From the NCBI GenBank assembly GCA_977017575.1, contig CDRNVI010000010.1, positions 155,389-219,388 of the forward strand: a DNA stretch of 64,000 bases. The letters are read 5' to 3'. Made by a program: the position numbers and the translations under genes. Below, in pieces: positions 35,221 to 47,464 of the stretch (its first letter is position 1; each line of letters begins with the position of its first letter). The stretch is from Paramoeba atlantica. Lineage: Eukaryota; Protista; Discosea. The notes under the pieces are model-generated. The model was not told the origin of the DNA. It saw nothing but the letters and a program-made list of their open reading frames with translations, and did not search any database.

Positions 35221-35981
35221 AAAGAAGTTCAGACCGATCTCTACCCAATATCCCTCGAGCCATGCTTGCAACCAAGGATGCATCAACAGGTTTGTTTAAC
35301 ACATTGTACATCTTAATGCCATCTAAAACATCATTCTTTTCTGCATCCGTAAGCATATCTTTTCGGCCACGCTTGCCGGAAGGAGCATGGTCCTTCAAAG
35401 CATAGGCACTTCGTTCAGACATTTTCTTACCGTGCGTTTGATTCCAAATCTGCATGCTAGTCAAAACGGAACAACTCTCACAAAGTGCTTGGAATTCACG
35501 TACTTCTTCATCACTCCACGTATTTCTCTTTGCTTTGCGCGATGAGCGTTTAGCCTCAAGTTCCTCCACAAGATCTGCCACATGCCGTGATACGTAAAAA
35601 TTGTTTGAGGCAAGCGTCGACTGCGACGGGGCCATAGCAGGAAAAAGGAATCAAAAATGAAGAGTTTCTCCACAAAAAATAAAAAAATTAATTATTGCAC
35701 TAATTAAATGTGCAATGATTTTTCACCGCAGTAATTATGGATCGGACGGTACCTGTATGCGCTTTGATTTCATTAGATATTTCTTCACTCTGCCATGGTA
35801 ATGCATCTACAAAGGCCAAAATTTACCTGGAAGTGTGTGACACGCGAGGCCTTAGAGGAAGGTGGAGGCGCAAGGCAAAAAGGCAGAAGGCGTAGACTTC
35901 TGACTTTTTGCCGCGGCGACGACGACTTCCTCGCGTGGGAAGCTGTAAGAGGTCCTATGGAGCATGTTTCGATGGCTATGT

Positions 35982-36173
35982 AACCCAGGCTAAAGTGGAC
36001 GAGCGAGATACTAAAGGCACATTTGGCAAACTACCACAAAACTGGATCAGTATCTCCCGCTAAATTCTTGGGTCACATCAGAATGCTTAACAAACCGGGG
36101 GATACCGTTCCAGTTTTGTGGTAGTTTGCCAAATGTGCCTTTACTATCTCCCTCGTCCACTTTAGCCTGGGTT
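35982..36173. mobile_element. ~190-bp MITE with ~65-bp TIRs
   Basis: AACCCAGGCTAAAGTGGACGAG..GGCACATTTGGCAAACTACCACAAAACTGGA and its near-perfect inverse. Confidence 0.85.
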
Positions 36174-36894
36174 TATTTATAAAAATTAATGAGAGAGGGT
36201 AGGTGGAAGGACGTGATACAGCACTTTAGCTGATAGGATGAACCAATTTGTTTCGCTGTAAGGATAGATTGCGGGTAAACAAAGACGATAATTATGAGAT
36301 GTTAACGATAAATATTTGCTTAAGCGCCCATAGAGTAATGAACGGAGGGCTAAGGTACAAAAGGCAGATCTTCACTTTCTGGAGAAAATTCTTCCTGTCC
36401 CTTCGTCTCCACAAACGTGATTATACGCCGATTTCTACGAATTTCTTCTTGATCAGCGATGCGCTGCGGGAAAAAATAAAAGCCAAGCCCCTTGTCCGAA
36501 GTGGAGTTCAAAAGTTTCGAGGACATAGAAATAATGTACTTCAGAAAAATTTGAAAGGGTATGACTCAGAACGAAATTATAAATTTTTGCAGAAATATAA
36601 ATCTTTGCAAAAAAATACCAAAGGTCATTTATTAAAATTAATGAGAGGGGGAATAGTTCAGTTTTTTTATCGTAAATTGCTATACAAGTAATATCTACTA
36701 ATACTAAGTAATACAGTTTATCTTGGCGTATTGATGCACTTCTTAAATCGAAAGGATATCGCGATCAAAAAGCCTAAATGTACGCCTTGCAAAACATCAA
36801 GAGTAAAACATGCTCCTTTGAACCATTTATCTTTAAAAAAAATTACGAAATTTTCTTTTTGGGTCATTTTTTTTATCAGGGCCCACGGCTCATA

Positions 36895-37170
36895 GAAGAG
36901 GGAGCCGGGAACTGGCACGCGGACTTCGAAATGATACGTACAGTGCCAGGCGCGCTGAACGAGCAGCGAAGAAGTCCATGCTGAAACGCCAGCCGCGCCC
37001 ATGCATGATTAAAGGAGAGATTAAAGACAAAGTCGTGTCTCTCCTACGCAGGTGCTTTAGCCCCCAGCAAATTACAGTAGTTTTGCGCAAAGAAGATGGT
37101 ATTAAAGTATCCCGAACGTCAATATACGGGTTTATTAAGCGGGATGATGGTCAACATGGGAACTTGGAGA
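36895..37170 (+). pseudogene. IS30-family transposase fragment (copy 3)
   Basis: SRELARGLRNDTYSARRAERAAKKSMLKRQ..IKGEIKDKVVSLLRRCFSPQQITVVLRKEDGIKVSRTSIYGFIKRD aligns with copy 2 at 44952. Confidence 0.85.
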
Positions 37171-37638
37171 GTTTGAAAACAATTTTCCTAGCTCATCTTT
37201 TCTCTCCCGGAAACGGGCGTATTTTTACTATGTTAATGCCCGTTTCCGGATGGCGCTAGGAGAGGAACTGTCCCTCTTGTCGCAAAGTAGGGGTGCGCCT
37301 CCCTTCCCTCATCTCCCACCACCCCGCTCGGAACACGGTTCCGAGTCCCCATGCGCTGCAGGACCCTTCTACCATACCTTTTGTGGGTCCGTGGGTCCGG
37401 ACCCACGACCAGGGTCCGGACCCACGTAACAGCCGTAATACACTCAATATTACACTTAATATTGTATACACTCAAATCTTAATGCCGGTTATTTATAAAA
37501 CTTTATCAAAAACTTTTGGGATATATGCTAATTCGCCAGCGATGTTGGTTTTGGAATCATACATGTACCATATGTACTGTATTCTTTAATTCTTTTATTA
37601 CTTGAAGCTTTGAAACCTATTTCTTAGCCAAATCTTAT

Positions 37639-37975
37639 TTGATGGAACATTCTTCGCTTCGTCCGACGAACATTGACTCAAGTCAAGACCTACCGCCGGA
37701 TCCACGTCGGAGACGATTGTCCGGGCGAAAATTCATGACGGAAGATGCCTTCCCACAATACCTCTCTCTCGTGCGATGTGCATCAGATTGTATGTACTCT
37801 CACGAAGGCATACCGTTAAATACCAACGGCTTTGAGCAGCACTACGAGTGCAATCATTGCAAATGGTCCTCGCACGGCAAGTATAAAAATCATTGTCTGG
37901 AGCATCGTCGTGCTTGTCTGGATAAAATTTCTTCGGAGCGAACTTCGGATCTCTGCGACCATGTGTGGATTGTCA
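37639..37975 (+). mobile_element. hAT-like transposase N-terminal Zn-finger fragment
   Basis: LNTNGFEQHYECNHCKWSSH..H..C parallels VNTMGQRTHIKCRDCPWWSH of ORF 53618-55231. Confidence 0.6.
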
Positions 37976-38691
37976 TACTCAGAGGGTTGAAACCTTCCCA
38001 GGCGCTCCCAGTGAAAACCTATGGAGTCTGCACTTGGAGATTTTGAAAGGGTGGGTGAGATTTCAGCTCAAGGTCGTAAATTTGGGAAAGTAGTAAATGA
38101 GGTCGTTGCTCCACTGGGCAGGATACATGTCCTGTAAGGTCAACGACCCATTATCTCGGCGCATGAAACGCTCCAATGCTTGCCCCTTTAGGCAAAATTT
38201 AGTATACCGTACCCACTTAGTATACCTACTAGGTATCCTGGAACATGGTATATTTTGCTTTTAAGTGACGAATGTAAGTTATAAGACGTGAGTAGGGAGA
38301 ATAACATCTGCAAAAAGTATATGCATTTTAGAGAAAAAAGTACGCTCCCAGGCGCTCCCATCCAGTTTTAACCCTCTCAGTGCAACAAAAACGAGAAAAA
38401 TATGGGTGTGTTCCGGATGTCAGGATTTTCGCATACTCAGTGCAACGCTGTTTTTTCGGTCGGACAGCACCACGAACGGACGCGGGATTGTATGAGACAT
38501 GTTAAGAAAGAAACAATCGATTAAGATAAAAATGGATTAAGATAAAAAATTATATAAGGAGAAGAAAAAAGGAGTACCTGGATAATCGATATTGACGGAA
38601 CAACATAACGCGTTTCTTTAGTAAAGAGATGAACTTTTCGCCTTTACTGCTTTACAACTTACGGCTATACAACTTACTGCTTTCATGTATA

Positions 38692-41639
38692 CCGTATACC
38701 CCCCCCCCCCCAGTAATAGAATGGGTTTTGGGCCAAAATGGCCAAATCTCTGTTACTGGGGGGTGTATGCTTTTTTGGGGGAGTAACTTCAGGACACTGG
38801 TCCGGACATGGAATTTTGTCACCATGGTACTCCCCCTCTCATTAATAATTATAATTATAATCTATAAACCTTTTTAGTTTATAATTATAATTATAGTTTA
38901 TAATTATTAATGAGATTCGATAAGTGATTTTTTCTTACTATGGACTTCAATTTCTTGATTTTCGAGACACTACGTTCAACTTGGAAGCAATTTTTAGTGC
39001 AAAGTATGTGGTACAGGTGTCTTTGTAGATAAAAAATGATGAATTTGAGGTTTATAATTATAAAAGTGAGACTCAGAATTATAATCTCATTAAATTTCTA
39101 TAAACGATCCCTTTAATGATTTTTGGAGGTTTATAATTATTAATGAGAGGGGGAGTACTATTTTTTCGAAGAAAAAAAAATTCTTTTTCACTCAGTTGTA
39201 TTCCTTATTAATGATTTTCTACTATCAATAGTAAAAAATTTTCTTGTCAAATTTTCCTGAGTTGCATGGTGCAAACTATTTGCTCCTGCTGGAAGGGTAG
39301 ACCCCCAGCCCCTTCGCCTCTTCTCCATCCCGTCTACTTCTCTCCCTCCCCTTCTTTGCCTTCGCCTTCCGTCTCTTCTTCTCTATCTCCATCCTCTTGT
39401 CCCGTCTCCTCCTCTCTCTCCCCTTCTTCACCTTCGCCTTCCGTCTTTCCTCCTTTATGTTCTTTGCCTTCGCCTTCCGTCTCTCCCTCTCTTTCCCCCC
39501 TTGTCCCAGACTCCTCTTCTCTCTCCCCTTCTGCACCCCCTGTCCCAGACCCCTCTTCTCTCTCCCCTTCCTCTCCCCTCCCGTCTCACGCTCCACGCCA
39601 TACGTTGGATGCGTACTGGGCTAAGAGATCACGGAGTATGGAGAGGGAGGTGATCCCAAGGGCTAGTGGGCCCGTAAGTAGTTCAGTATTGGGTTTTGGA
39701 GCGAAAGTATTGTGTGTTCAAGAGGGGATTGTTAGGAGAGGGGGGCATGTTGAAGAACATATAAAACGCAGGATGTATTTTCATACCAGTTTATCAGTCA
39801 AATATTCCTGGTTTTGATTTCCCTTGTTTATCTACCTCTGTAGAAGAGAAAATGAAAAAAAGACAGGAAGATGAAGAAAGCGTTATTGTGGACATAGAGG
39901 CAACAACACAAGTTGCTTCTTCTGAATCAATAATCGCGAGGAAACAATATACTTATAATGAAAAATTAGATAAAGTGAGACGATACATGGCAGCCCCCTG
40001 GGGGCAAAGAGATAAGCTTGTGAAGGCAAGTGGGGTAAAGTACGGAACAACGGCAAGTTGGATGGCAAATTATGAAGATATAAAGAAGGCTGTACAACGA
40101 GGATTTGGCACCCTTACAAAGTTAATGCCACTCGTAAAATACAAGGAGCTTTTTGAACAAGCCTACAAATACTATTGTACCGCACGTGAAATGTTTTCTG
40201 CAGTTCCTATGTATCACATACGATTGTACTGCATGCAAAACAGCGAAGAATTTTCAAAATTAAAAGTAAAAGATCAGTATTTTAGGATCGGGGAATTTGA
40301 AATGCATTACGGGTTATCTGCTAGGCGTCGTACAGGCTTAACCCAACTTTTACCTTCTAATTTTCAAGAGAGACATGAGGCTCATTTTCGAGTTGTAGAA
40401 AATTCTTTAAAAGACGAGTGTTTCCCTGAATTTATTATTCTTTTGGATGAGACGGGTGTTTTATGGAACCCTGCTCCTACAACAACTTTAGCTCCAAAGG
40501 GTTCGAAATGTGTTCCTATTAGAATAAAATACGAGAAAAAACAGTCAACTTGTCTTTTGTGGGTTTCAGAATGTATTAAAAGAAATGAAAAAGGTTACGA
40601 AATATTCAATGCAAAATATGAGAATCCTTATATTATTTTTGAAGGAAAAAAGGAGTGCCAAAGATCTAATTCAGTGGAGAGTAAGGTAAGGAAGGCTGTT
40701 GAACAGAAGCCTACGTACGCAGAGGTTAATCAAACGGGGTTTAAAATTCGTTGAAAAAATTCCCAATTGTTATAACAAGAGGGCGTGGCTTATTATGGAC
40801 AGATTTTCAGCCCACCGCACAGAAACAGTTGAAAACGCAATAAGTAATAAGGGATATAAAATTTTTTATATTCCTCCTGGTTGTACTTCTATTCTGCAAT
40901 TTCAGGATGTTTATGTGAACAAACCATTCAAAGATCGTATTAGAAACTTTTACACCAAGCATTGTATTGAGAAAAATAATAATGTAACGAGAGAGCTTGT
41001 TGTTCAATGGGTAGTGGACGCCCAAGCATCATTAAAATTACAAATGATAGAAAGTGGAATAAAAAAGCTTGTATTAAGAAATTTTGTAGGAGTTGGAGAA
41101 GAAACAAATGTCAACCAAGGGACAGACGCGGATCTTCCGACGGAAGTGCAAGTGGCGCTTTTAGAAGATGAGCCGCAGGATCTGTCCTTGGTTGCCGTTG
41201 CAATATCTTTTGCCGAGGCAGTCCAGCCTGAAGAACATGGCTATGAAAATATAGAAAGTGATTAGCTTGCATAACATTATCGACTTCTATTTTAACTGTC
41301 ATGACAGTTTTTTAGATGTCGTATCAACAAACTTCAAGTAACTTTAGTAACTTAGCTTTAGTCTCTCTTTCATCTTCTTTTAGTCTAAGATCTCTTCTAA
41401 TCATGAGTAAATGCTTTCGTTTGAGCCACCACCACCCAACCCGTCCAGCGACCCATGACGCCCAGCCTCCCCTGTCACCCCCCCCCCCCAACCCCTCACC
41501 AAACCACCCCCGACGCCAGCCTCCCCGGACCGCCCAACCTCTCACCCAGCCATCCCCGACGCCAACCCCCCCAGCCACCCAGCCTTCCGAGCCGAACCTC
41601 TGTTACTGGGGGGGGGGGTGTCTTACTGGGGGTATACGG
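38692..41639 (+). mobile_element. Full-length pogo/Fot1-like DD35D element; transposase at 39852-41265 with one frameshift
   Basis: TIRs TA|CCGTATACCCCCCC..CAGTAA and TTACTGGGGGTATACGG|TA; LLDETG, LIMDRFSAH and LQFQDVYVNKPFK motifs (35 residues between D and D). Confidence 0.88.
38830..39155. mobile_element. 326-bp MITE of the pogo family at 31126, nested in 38692-41639
   Basis: TA|CTCCCCCTCTCATTAATAAT ... ATTATTAATGAGAGGGGGAG|TA. Confidence 0.9.
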
Positions 41640-41799
41640 TAGTACCGTCTCTTCATAGTAAAATTTGGCCTTCCAAGCTCTTTGAGGAGACCCATTTCAA
41701 GCCTGCCCCGAACATAAGGCCGCCTTCCGCGGATCCGTAGGCACTTGTGAAACTTCCCCCCATTGTCTTTGTCTCGACAAACAAATCGATAGATTGTGG

Positions 41800-44305
41800 A
41801 AGTGGATGGTGAACCTTGTGAGCCAACAAGTGTATATCCTATTAGCAACCTGCTCCGGGCTGTGAAGCTTTCGGAGACAGGTCTTTACACTTTTTTCAAG
41901 ACTGGCTCTAATTTGACGTGGTCTGGTCCCTTTATTGACCAGTCGTCTCTTGGCAACACGATGGGCACGGCTAGAACGGTATTGCCCACCTCTTTTCCTG
42001 TTGCGTGCCAGCTCACGACATACCGTACTTGGGGACTATTATGTAGAAATTAACCTTTTGTTGCGCTGAGTATGACAATTTGTTGCACTGACATTGACAA
42101 TCCACCATGCACCGTACATGGATAAAGTTAAGCCTTTTAATACAAAGGTTTTACCATGCTTATACGCGATGACAAACCTCCTGGAAGTAGATACATATGG
42201 TTTTTAAATACAGGGGTGAAAACTTCCATCTGGGGGGGGGTCTAAAATTTGTAAAATTTGCTCAATTTTGTAAAATAATAGCGCATTGGAGAGCTCTCGC
42301 AGAGTTGTATGTCTTTGGCGTATTCGGAACGCTCGACTTGAAAGATTTAATCTGATGACAAAAAAATAATTTTTTTTCTTGTGAAAATATGGCAATTTTT
42401 TGTTTTTCCCCATTTTATGCCTCAAAAGCGAGTTCGCTCAAGGACTTCCCGTGGTGTTTTGAGCGCACGCTCCTATGCCTCACCAGGGAAGATTAAGGAA
42501 AGTCACAGGATGCTTCTTGTGGCGGACTTTGAGAAAACAGAGTCTTATTCCCGGACTGCCCAAAATTTTGGTGTCCACGAGGGAACTGTGAAACTCTGGG
42601 TGGAAAGATTTAATTGCACTGGCGACGTGGCCAGTCCATCCCCTACGCGTCAACCTAGGGTCACCACCTCTGATCTTATGAAAGTATCTTTAAAGCTTAT
42701 TGATGACGCTTATCGTGACCTTCCTTATGGTATCTCCACTTGGAGCGAGCTCTGGAGAGAGGTAAAGCGACGTGGCTTCACATGTTCAATAACATCCCTA
42801 AGGAACATGTTGAAAAACTCAAAAGAAAAAATTGTGCTCAGAACAGCTTTAAAGACCCTTTTCTTATCTAATAATCATAAGGAGCGCAGAGTGCAATTTG
42901 CCACTGAAGTGCTACAGTGGAGCGACGCTGCGCTGGAAAATATTATTTTCTGCGACGAAAAAAAATTTACGTGCAAAAGATCCACCCGACCCACGTACCT
43001 TTGCCGAAAATCTGACCCCCCCAAAGAACAAACAGGGGAATTAGAACCCTAGCATGGTGGAGAAGGTATTATGGTTTGGATGGGGGTGAGCTTAAAGCAT
43101 GGGTTTCATTTACACGTATTTCCTACCCATGATTCTCAAGGAAACAAAGTAACTGTAAAGGGACAAAATTTTTATGAAGCCATGAAAAAAAAGGGGGGTC
43201 TGTTCCAATATTTAAGGAGACATCGGGCCACAATAGTGATGGACAATTGCCCGGCACATAATAAGGCTCGTGCCGCGGCCCAAGAAAAGGGTTATTCTTG
43301 GCTCCGATGGCCAGCACGATCCCCTGATCTAAACCCCATAGAAAATCTTTGGTCAATAATGGACGGGACAAAGGACCGAATTCAACCCAAAAATCAACAA
43401 CAATTACTCTCCGCAATTCATGATTCCTATGATAAACTTAAGACAGAACAAATATCCAAATTTGAGAATACGCTAAAAAGCTTCAGAAAGCGTTGTAGAA
43501 TCATTGTAGAAAAGAACGGTGCACATTGCGGATACTAACAGGGGTTACTAACAATCTTTTTGGGGGGAAAAACGTTATTTTTTAACTTTTTTGTATCATT
43601 TTTCAAGTGACAATTCGAGTTTTTGACCTATTCGGCATTTGTAGTTCCACTTTGATATGTTAAAAGCTACCAGTACGAAGACATACAACTCTGCGAGAGC
43701 TCTCGAATGCGCTATTATCTTACAAAATTGAAAAGTTTTTACAAATTTTAGACCCCCCCCAGATGGAAGTTTTCACCCCTGTATGTATGAAAGTCTGCGA
43801 CTTCCCGTCTCATCAGAAATGCTTTTGCAGGCACGTCCCAAAGTTCTCCACGAAATGCACGCACTTACCGCTAGACTGGCGGACGAATTATGGAAAATTT
43901 TGTGCTCCGACATTGACACGTATTCCTATGTTGGATTGGCCGTAGACACGGGTATTGACCGTGTAAAAGCTGAGCACATAATGATCGTAGTGCTTTACGT
44001 GGAACGTCACGAGTATATTCTCCCTCCTATCTATTCCACCAGACACAAGGCGTATGATGGCTATGCCATGGCCAAAGAGCTTATGGACTGTTTGTCAAGT
44101 AACTTGGGGGAAGAACGACTTCTCAAGCTCGAAATTTTAATGGTGGAAGGTTCTACGGTAAATCACGTTGCCCGTGTTCATTGTGAGGGATTCCTAAAGA
44201 CAATCTACGATCGCATATCTCTTGTTGGTGACAATGATCTGGAAAACATAGAACTTGGTGTCAATCGGTTGTGTCGGGTCTCACTTTTGTCTTGCGTAGG
44301 TCATA
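41800..44305 (+). mobile_element. hAT-like transposase pseudogene interrupted by Tc1 (42211-43781) and cut off at 44306
   Basis: PCLYAMTNL before the Tc1; VGLAVDTGID, LMVEGSTVNHVA and SLLSCVGH after it. All are collinear with ORF 53618-55231. Confidence 0.8.
42211..43781 (+). mobile_element. Full-length Tc1/IS630-like element, ~105-bp TIRs, TA TSD; transposase 42417-43538 (DD32E) with one TAG
   Basis: TA|CAGGGGTGAAAACTTCCATCT... and its inverse; IIFCDEKKF, IVMDNCPAH and WPARSPDLNPIENLW motifs; the TAG at 43050-43052 is in frame with both ORF halves. Confidence 0.93.
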
Positions 44306-44480
44306 CAGTGGTTTCAGTTGATCTTGCCCCCCCTCGGAATTTTGATTTTGATTTATCCGTTTTTGCTCATCTTTGCAGCATTGGAGAGATCTCGTTCCCC
44401 TAGCGAAGAGCTTTGCCGCCTTTTTTTCATAGAGACCCCCTGGTGCCCCCTGGGTGACCCGAAAGTTGACCAAAATGAAA
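44306..44480 (+). mobile_element. Solo left TIR of the Tc1 family at 60692-62415
   Basis: TA|CAGTGGTTTCAGTTGATCTTGCCCCCCCTCGG... nearly identical to 60692-60845. Confidence 0.85.
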
Positions 44481-44625
44481 CCCAGCCCAGCGACCCCCAC
44501 CCGCTCAAACACCCCCTCCCCCCTTCACCCACCCTCCCGAACCAAATCTCTGTTACTGGGGGTCAGCCCAAAAATGGTCAAATCTCTGTTACTGGGGGGG
44601 GGTCTATTACTGGGGGGGTATACGG
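44480..44625 (+). mobile_element. Solo right end of the pogo family at 38692-41639
   Basis: CTCTGTTACTGGGGG..TTACTGGGGGGGTATACGG|TA, as at 41598-41641. Confidence 0.8.
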
Positions 44626-44663
44626 TAGTACCGTCTCTTCATAGTAAAATTTACATACCAAGC

Positions 44664-44912
44664 GGCACATTGACAATACATAAGGCACATTGATAATGCA
44701 TAAGGTGTATTGATAATGCATAAGGCACATTGATATTGCATAAGGCACATTGATATTGCAAGAAATTGGGCACTTTTGTATTGCATAGTAAGCGGCACAT
44801 TGATAATGCATAAGGCATATTGATAATGCATAAGGCATATTGATAATGCATAAGGCATATTGATAAGGCATAAGGCATATTGATATTGCATGAGGCACAT
44901 TGATAATGCATA
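44664..44912 (+). repeat. Tandem array, ~12 x 20 bp (GGCACATTGATAATGCATAA), ending 40 bp upstream of the IS30 copy 2 ATG
   Basis: Units are directly readable. Confidence 0.92.
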
Positions 44913-44951
44913 ATCGATTTTTTTCTAATTTCCACTTTTTTTTGTCGGGCA

Positions 44952-45644
44952 ATGTCGAACTTCAATAAAGTGAAAACGCGTCTTGATTCGGATGATCGAG
45001 CGATGATAGAACTGTTGCATAACCAACAAGAGTTTTCTCAAGAGGAGATAGCGGAGAAGGTAAAAGCCTCTCAATCTACAATCAGCCGGGAGTTTGCCCG
45101 GGGCACCTTCAAAGACGTTTATCACGCGAAGCGCGCCCATCTTGCGTGCAGTAAAGCGATGTCAAAGCGCAAGGGAAAGGCTTACAAAATCGAAGGTGAC
45201 GTGGAGGAAAAGGTGATCCGTCTATTGGAACGACGATTTAGCTCGCGGCAGATCAGCGTGGTCTTACGTAAAGAAGATGACGTTAAGGTGTCGCGTGTCG
45301 CAGTGTACGGTTTTATCAGGCGTGATGAATCCCTCGGGGGAACACTGTATAAGTGCCTGCGTCGAGGCGGTGGTCGAGGCCGTCGCCTGCGCGGCAAAAG
45401 CCGTTTTAAGATCCCGAATCGCACAGACATTAGCGAAAGGCCCAATGTTATCAACACGCGGGGAAGATTTGGTGACTGGGAGTGCGGCCTAATAGAGGGG
45501 TCAACGCACAGTGGGTTCTTCCTAAGTTTGCTGGAACGGAAAAGCAGGTTTGGTACACTAAAGCTACTGCGCACGAAGAAGAATGAGGTCGTTGCAGAGG
45601 CTATTGGTAGCGCCCTGGAACACTATCTTGTTCATACGATTACG
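44952..45644 (+). pseudogene. IS30-family transposase, 3'-truncated (copy 2)
   Basis: STISREFARG, FSSRQIS, IPNRTDISERP, GDWECGLIEG (first Asp changed to Gly), LLERKSRF; breaks off at TIT just before the expected DNG. Confidence 0.9.
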
Positions 45645-45794
45645 GGCTTGAGGGCACGTTCGTTGAATCTTCAACGAACTGAGCGCCCGTTCGTTGAACA
45701 TTCAACGAACGTGTCCCCTGGGGGTGCAATTTTGTTTTCCCACAAAAAAAATTTATTTCCCCAAAAAATATATTTCCCCTCCCACAGGAATGGC

Positions 45795-46010
45795 TGCGAC
45801 ACCTAGTTTAGGGGTCTAGAGGTCCAACTGTGAGGGAAGCCCACGTCTGCGAGCAAGGCCCAACTGTGAGCGAAGCCCACGTCTGCGAGCAAGGCCCAAC
45901 TGTGAGCGTAGCCCTGGGATATAATTATTTTTTTCTGGGGACCCGCGCGCTCCAGCGCGCGGGTCGCGCACTGAGAACCTGTGTCTGCCACTTCCTCAGG
46001 ATTGACCAGA
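45795..46010 (-). repeat. Inverted copy of the 15440-15830 upstream cassette
   Basis: GCGAGCAAGGCCCAACTGTGAGCG units, CCCTGGGA, and the GACCCGCGCGCTCCAGCGCGCGGGTC hairpin. Confidence 0.85.
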
Positions 46011-46023
46011 GGCAATAATTACT

Positions 46024-47335
46024 ATGAATGATCTTGCTTCCTTAAGGCATTTTTTTCTACGTTCGCCTTTTATGGATCCTGGGGACGAGGATTTGTTTTC
46101 TCAGGGTGCAGAAAGGTTGTTTGCGCGGTTTCTTGCGGCCTTCGAATACACTGCACAACGGCGGGATGATGATCGGCAGGGTGATAATCAACGTGATGGG
46201 ACTCAGCCAGACCTCGTTGAAACTAATGGTACATCACGCCGTACGTGGCGAAATCTTGAGGTTCGGCCGGTTTGTAGGGGGTGTCCGGGATACGCCTGCG
46301 TGAGGCTATGGCGAAGCGTTGCCGCTATTCCTCAGGGGAATGATGCGGAGAAGTGGATGAAGTGCCATGGTCTGTTTGCCCTCCCCGAATGCCCCGATCA
46401 TGGGAACCAGTTCATGGTTGACATCCCGGGTAACGATCTGATGTGGCTTTGTGTGCACCGTGAACCTGGTGATCGGAATTCTTGCCGAGCGCACGTTATT
46501 TCTTCCATACGTATATTTCTTTCCATACGTATATTTCTACGCACACTTTGCTGACTCCGAGCATGCTTCTCTTGGTGTGGGCCGATATTGCTAACCATTT
46601 ATGCACTGGACAGATTTGCGGGAACCGTGGTATCGGAAGAAAGGTTGTAGAGGACACCTTGCGTAACCTCGGGGAGGCTGCGCTTGGTCAAGAACGCAAA
46701 TTTGGTCACTCTTTTTCGCGAATCCAAGTGGACGAGACGTTCATTGGTAAGCGGAAATAAACCGTAATTTATAACCGAGGTCGTCGACAACGTCAGCGGG
46801 GTTGGTGGTTCGCAACACTAACTGAGCAGGAGGGTCGGAAAATGGGTCTTACCCATTGGAAGCTGGTAAAGCGTCGTGACCTGGAAACTCTGCATTCCTT
46901 CATTCTCCCGCATCTGGCCAGGGCGCGGACTGTTGTGGTCAGCGATTGTTGGAAAGGGTACGTCAACCTCGGTGAGTATTGCCGGCACTACGCGGTGAAC
47001 CACAGTAAGGAGTTCGTGACCTATCAAAGGTTTGTACCTATCAAGTAGTTCGTGACCTATCACACCAACCACGCGGAGGGCGTCCACGGTACCATAAAGG
47101 GTTGGGTTAAGCGTCAACACTACAATTACGGGGCCACCCCTTTGCAACTCCAGCGGAATGTTGCGCTTCAGTGCGTGAAGCCTGGTGCTACTCACATGGG
47201 TAGAGAGCAAGCTTGGCAATGTCGGATGCAGAATCTTTTGAACTGCTGCACTACGGGGCTGAAAATCCTGAATGGGAGGAAGTCAGCGAGAGTTCGTGTA
47301 GCGACAGCGACGTTAGTGGAGATTCTGACGACAGT
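46024..47335 (+). mobile_element. Merlin transposase pseudogene, copy 3
   Basis: IQVDETFIGKRK, THWKLVKRRD, VVSDCWKGY and YHTNHAEGVH motifs; broken by small duplications. Confidence 0.9.
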
Positions 47336-47423
47336 TTATAATTCAATAAATTTTGTTTTTTTATACATAGTGCTTTACATATTTTGCTGGGACTCAGGGC
47401 TCAACCTGACTGGTTAAAAAAGC

Positions 47424-47464
47424 AACAAAAAAAACGATAAAGATACAGTTTCTGTACTTTGTTG
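47424..47464 (+). other. Spliced-leader (mini-exon) exon-like sequence with no SL intron
   Basis: AACAAAAAAAACGATAAAGATACAGTTTCTGTACTTTGTTG contains the kinetoplastid SL core ACAGTTTCTGTACT..TTG. It is followed by ATTTC rather than the GTA donor. Confidence 0.8.

Larger units (their letters stand above)
31126..36653 (-). mobile_element. pogo/Tigger-like element split by nested insertions
   Basis: TIRs TA|CTCCCCCTCTCATTAATTTT at 31126 and its inverse ending at 36653|TA. CENP-B-like HTH ORF at 35132-35635 (GRKDMLTDAEK...VDASLVASMARGI) and DDE_1 part at 31211-31621 (KLDET). Confidence 0.75.

Noticed and set aside
44578-44965. ORFs with repeated CIINMPYAL / MHYQYAL peptides (also 55357-55677, 59534-60136, 62777-62968)
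   Set aside because: Translations of non-coding tandem arrays; open in several frames simply because of the repeat.
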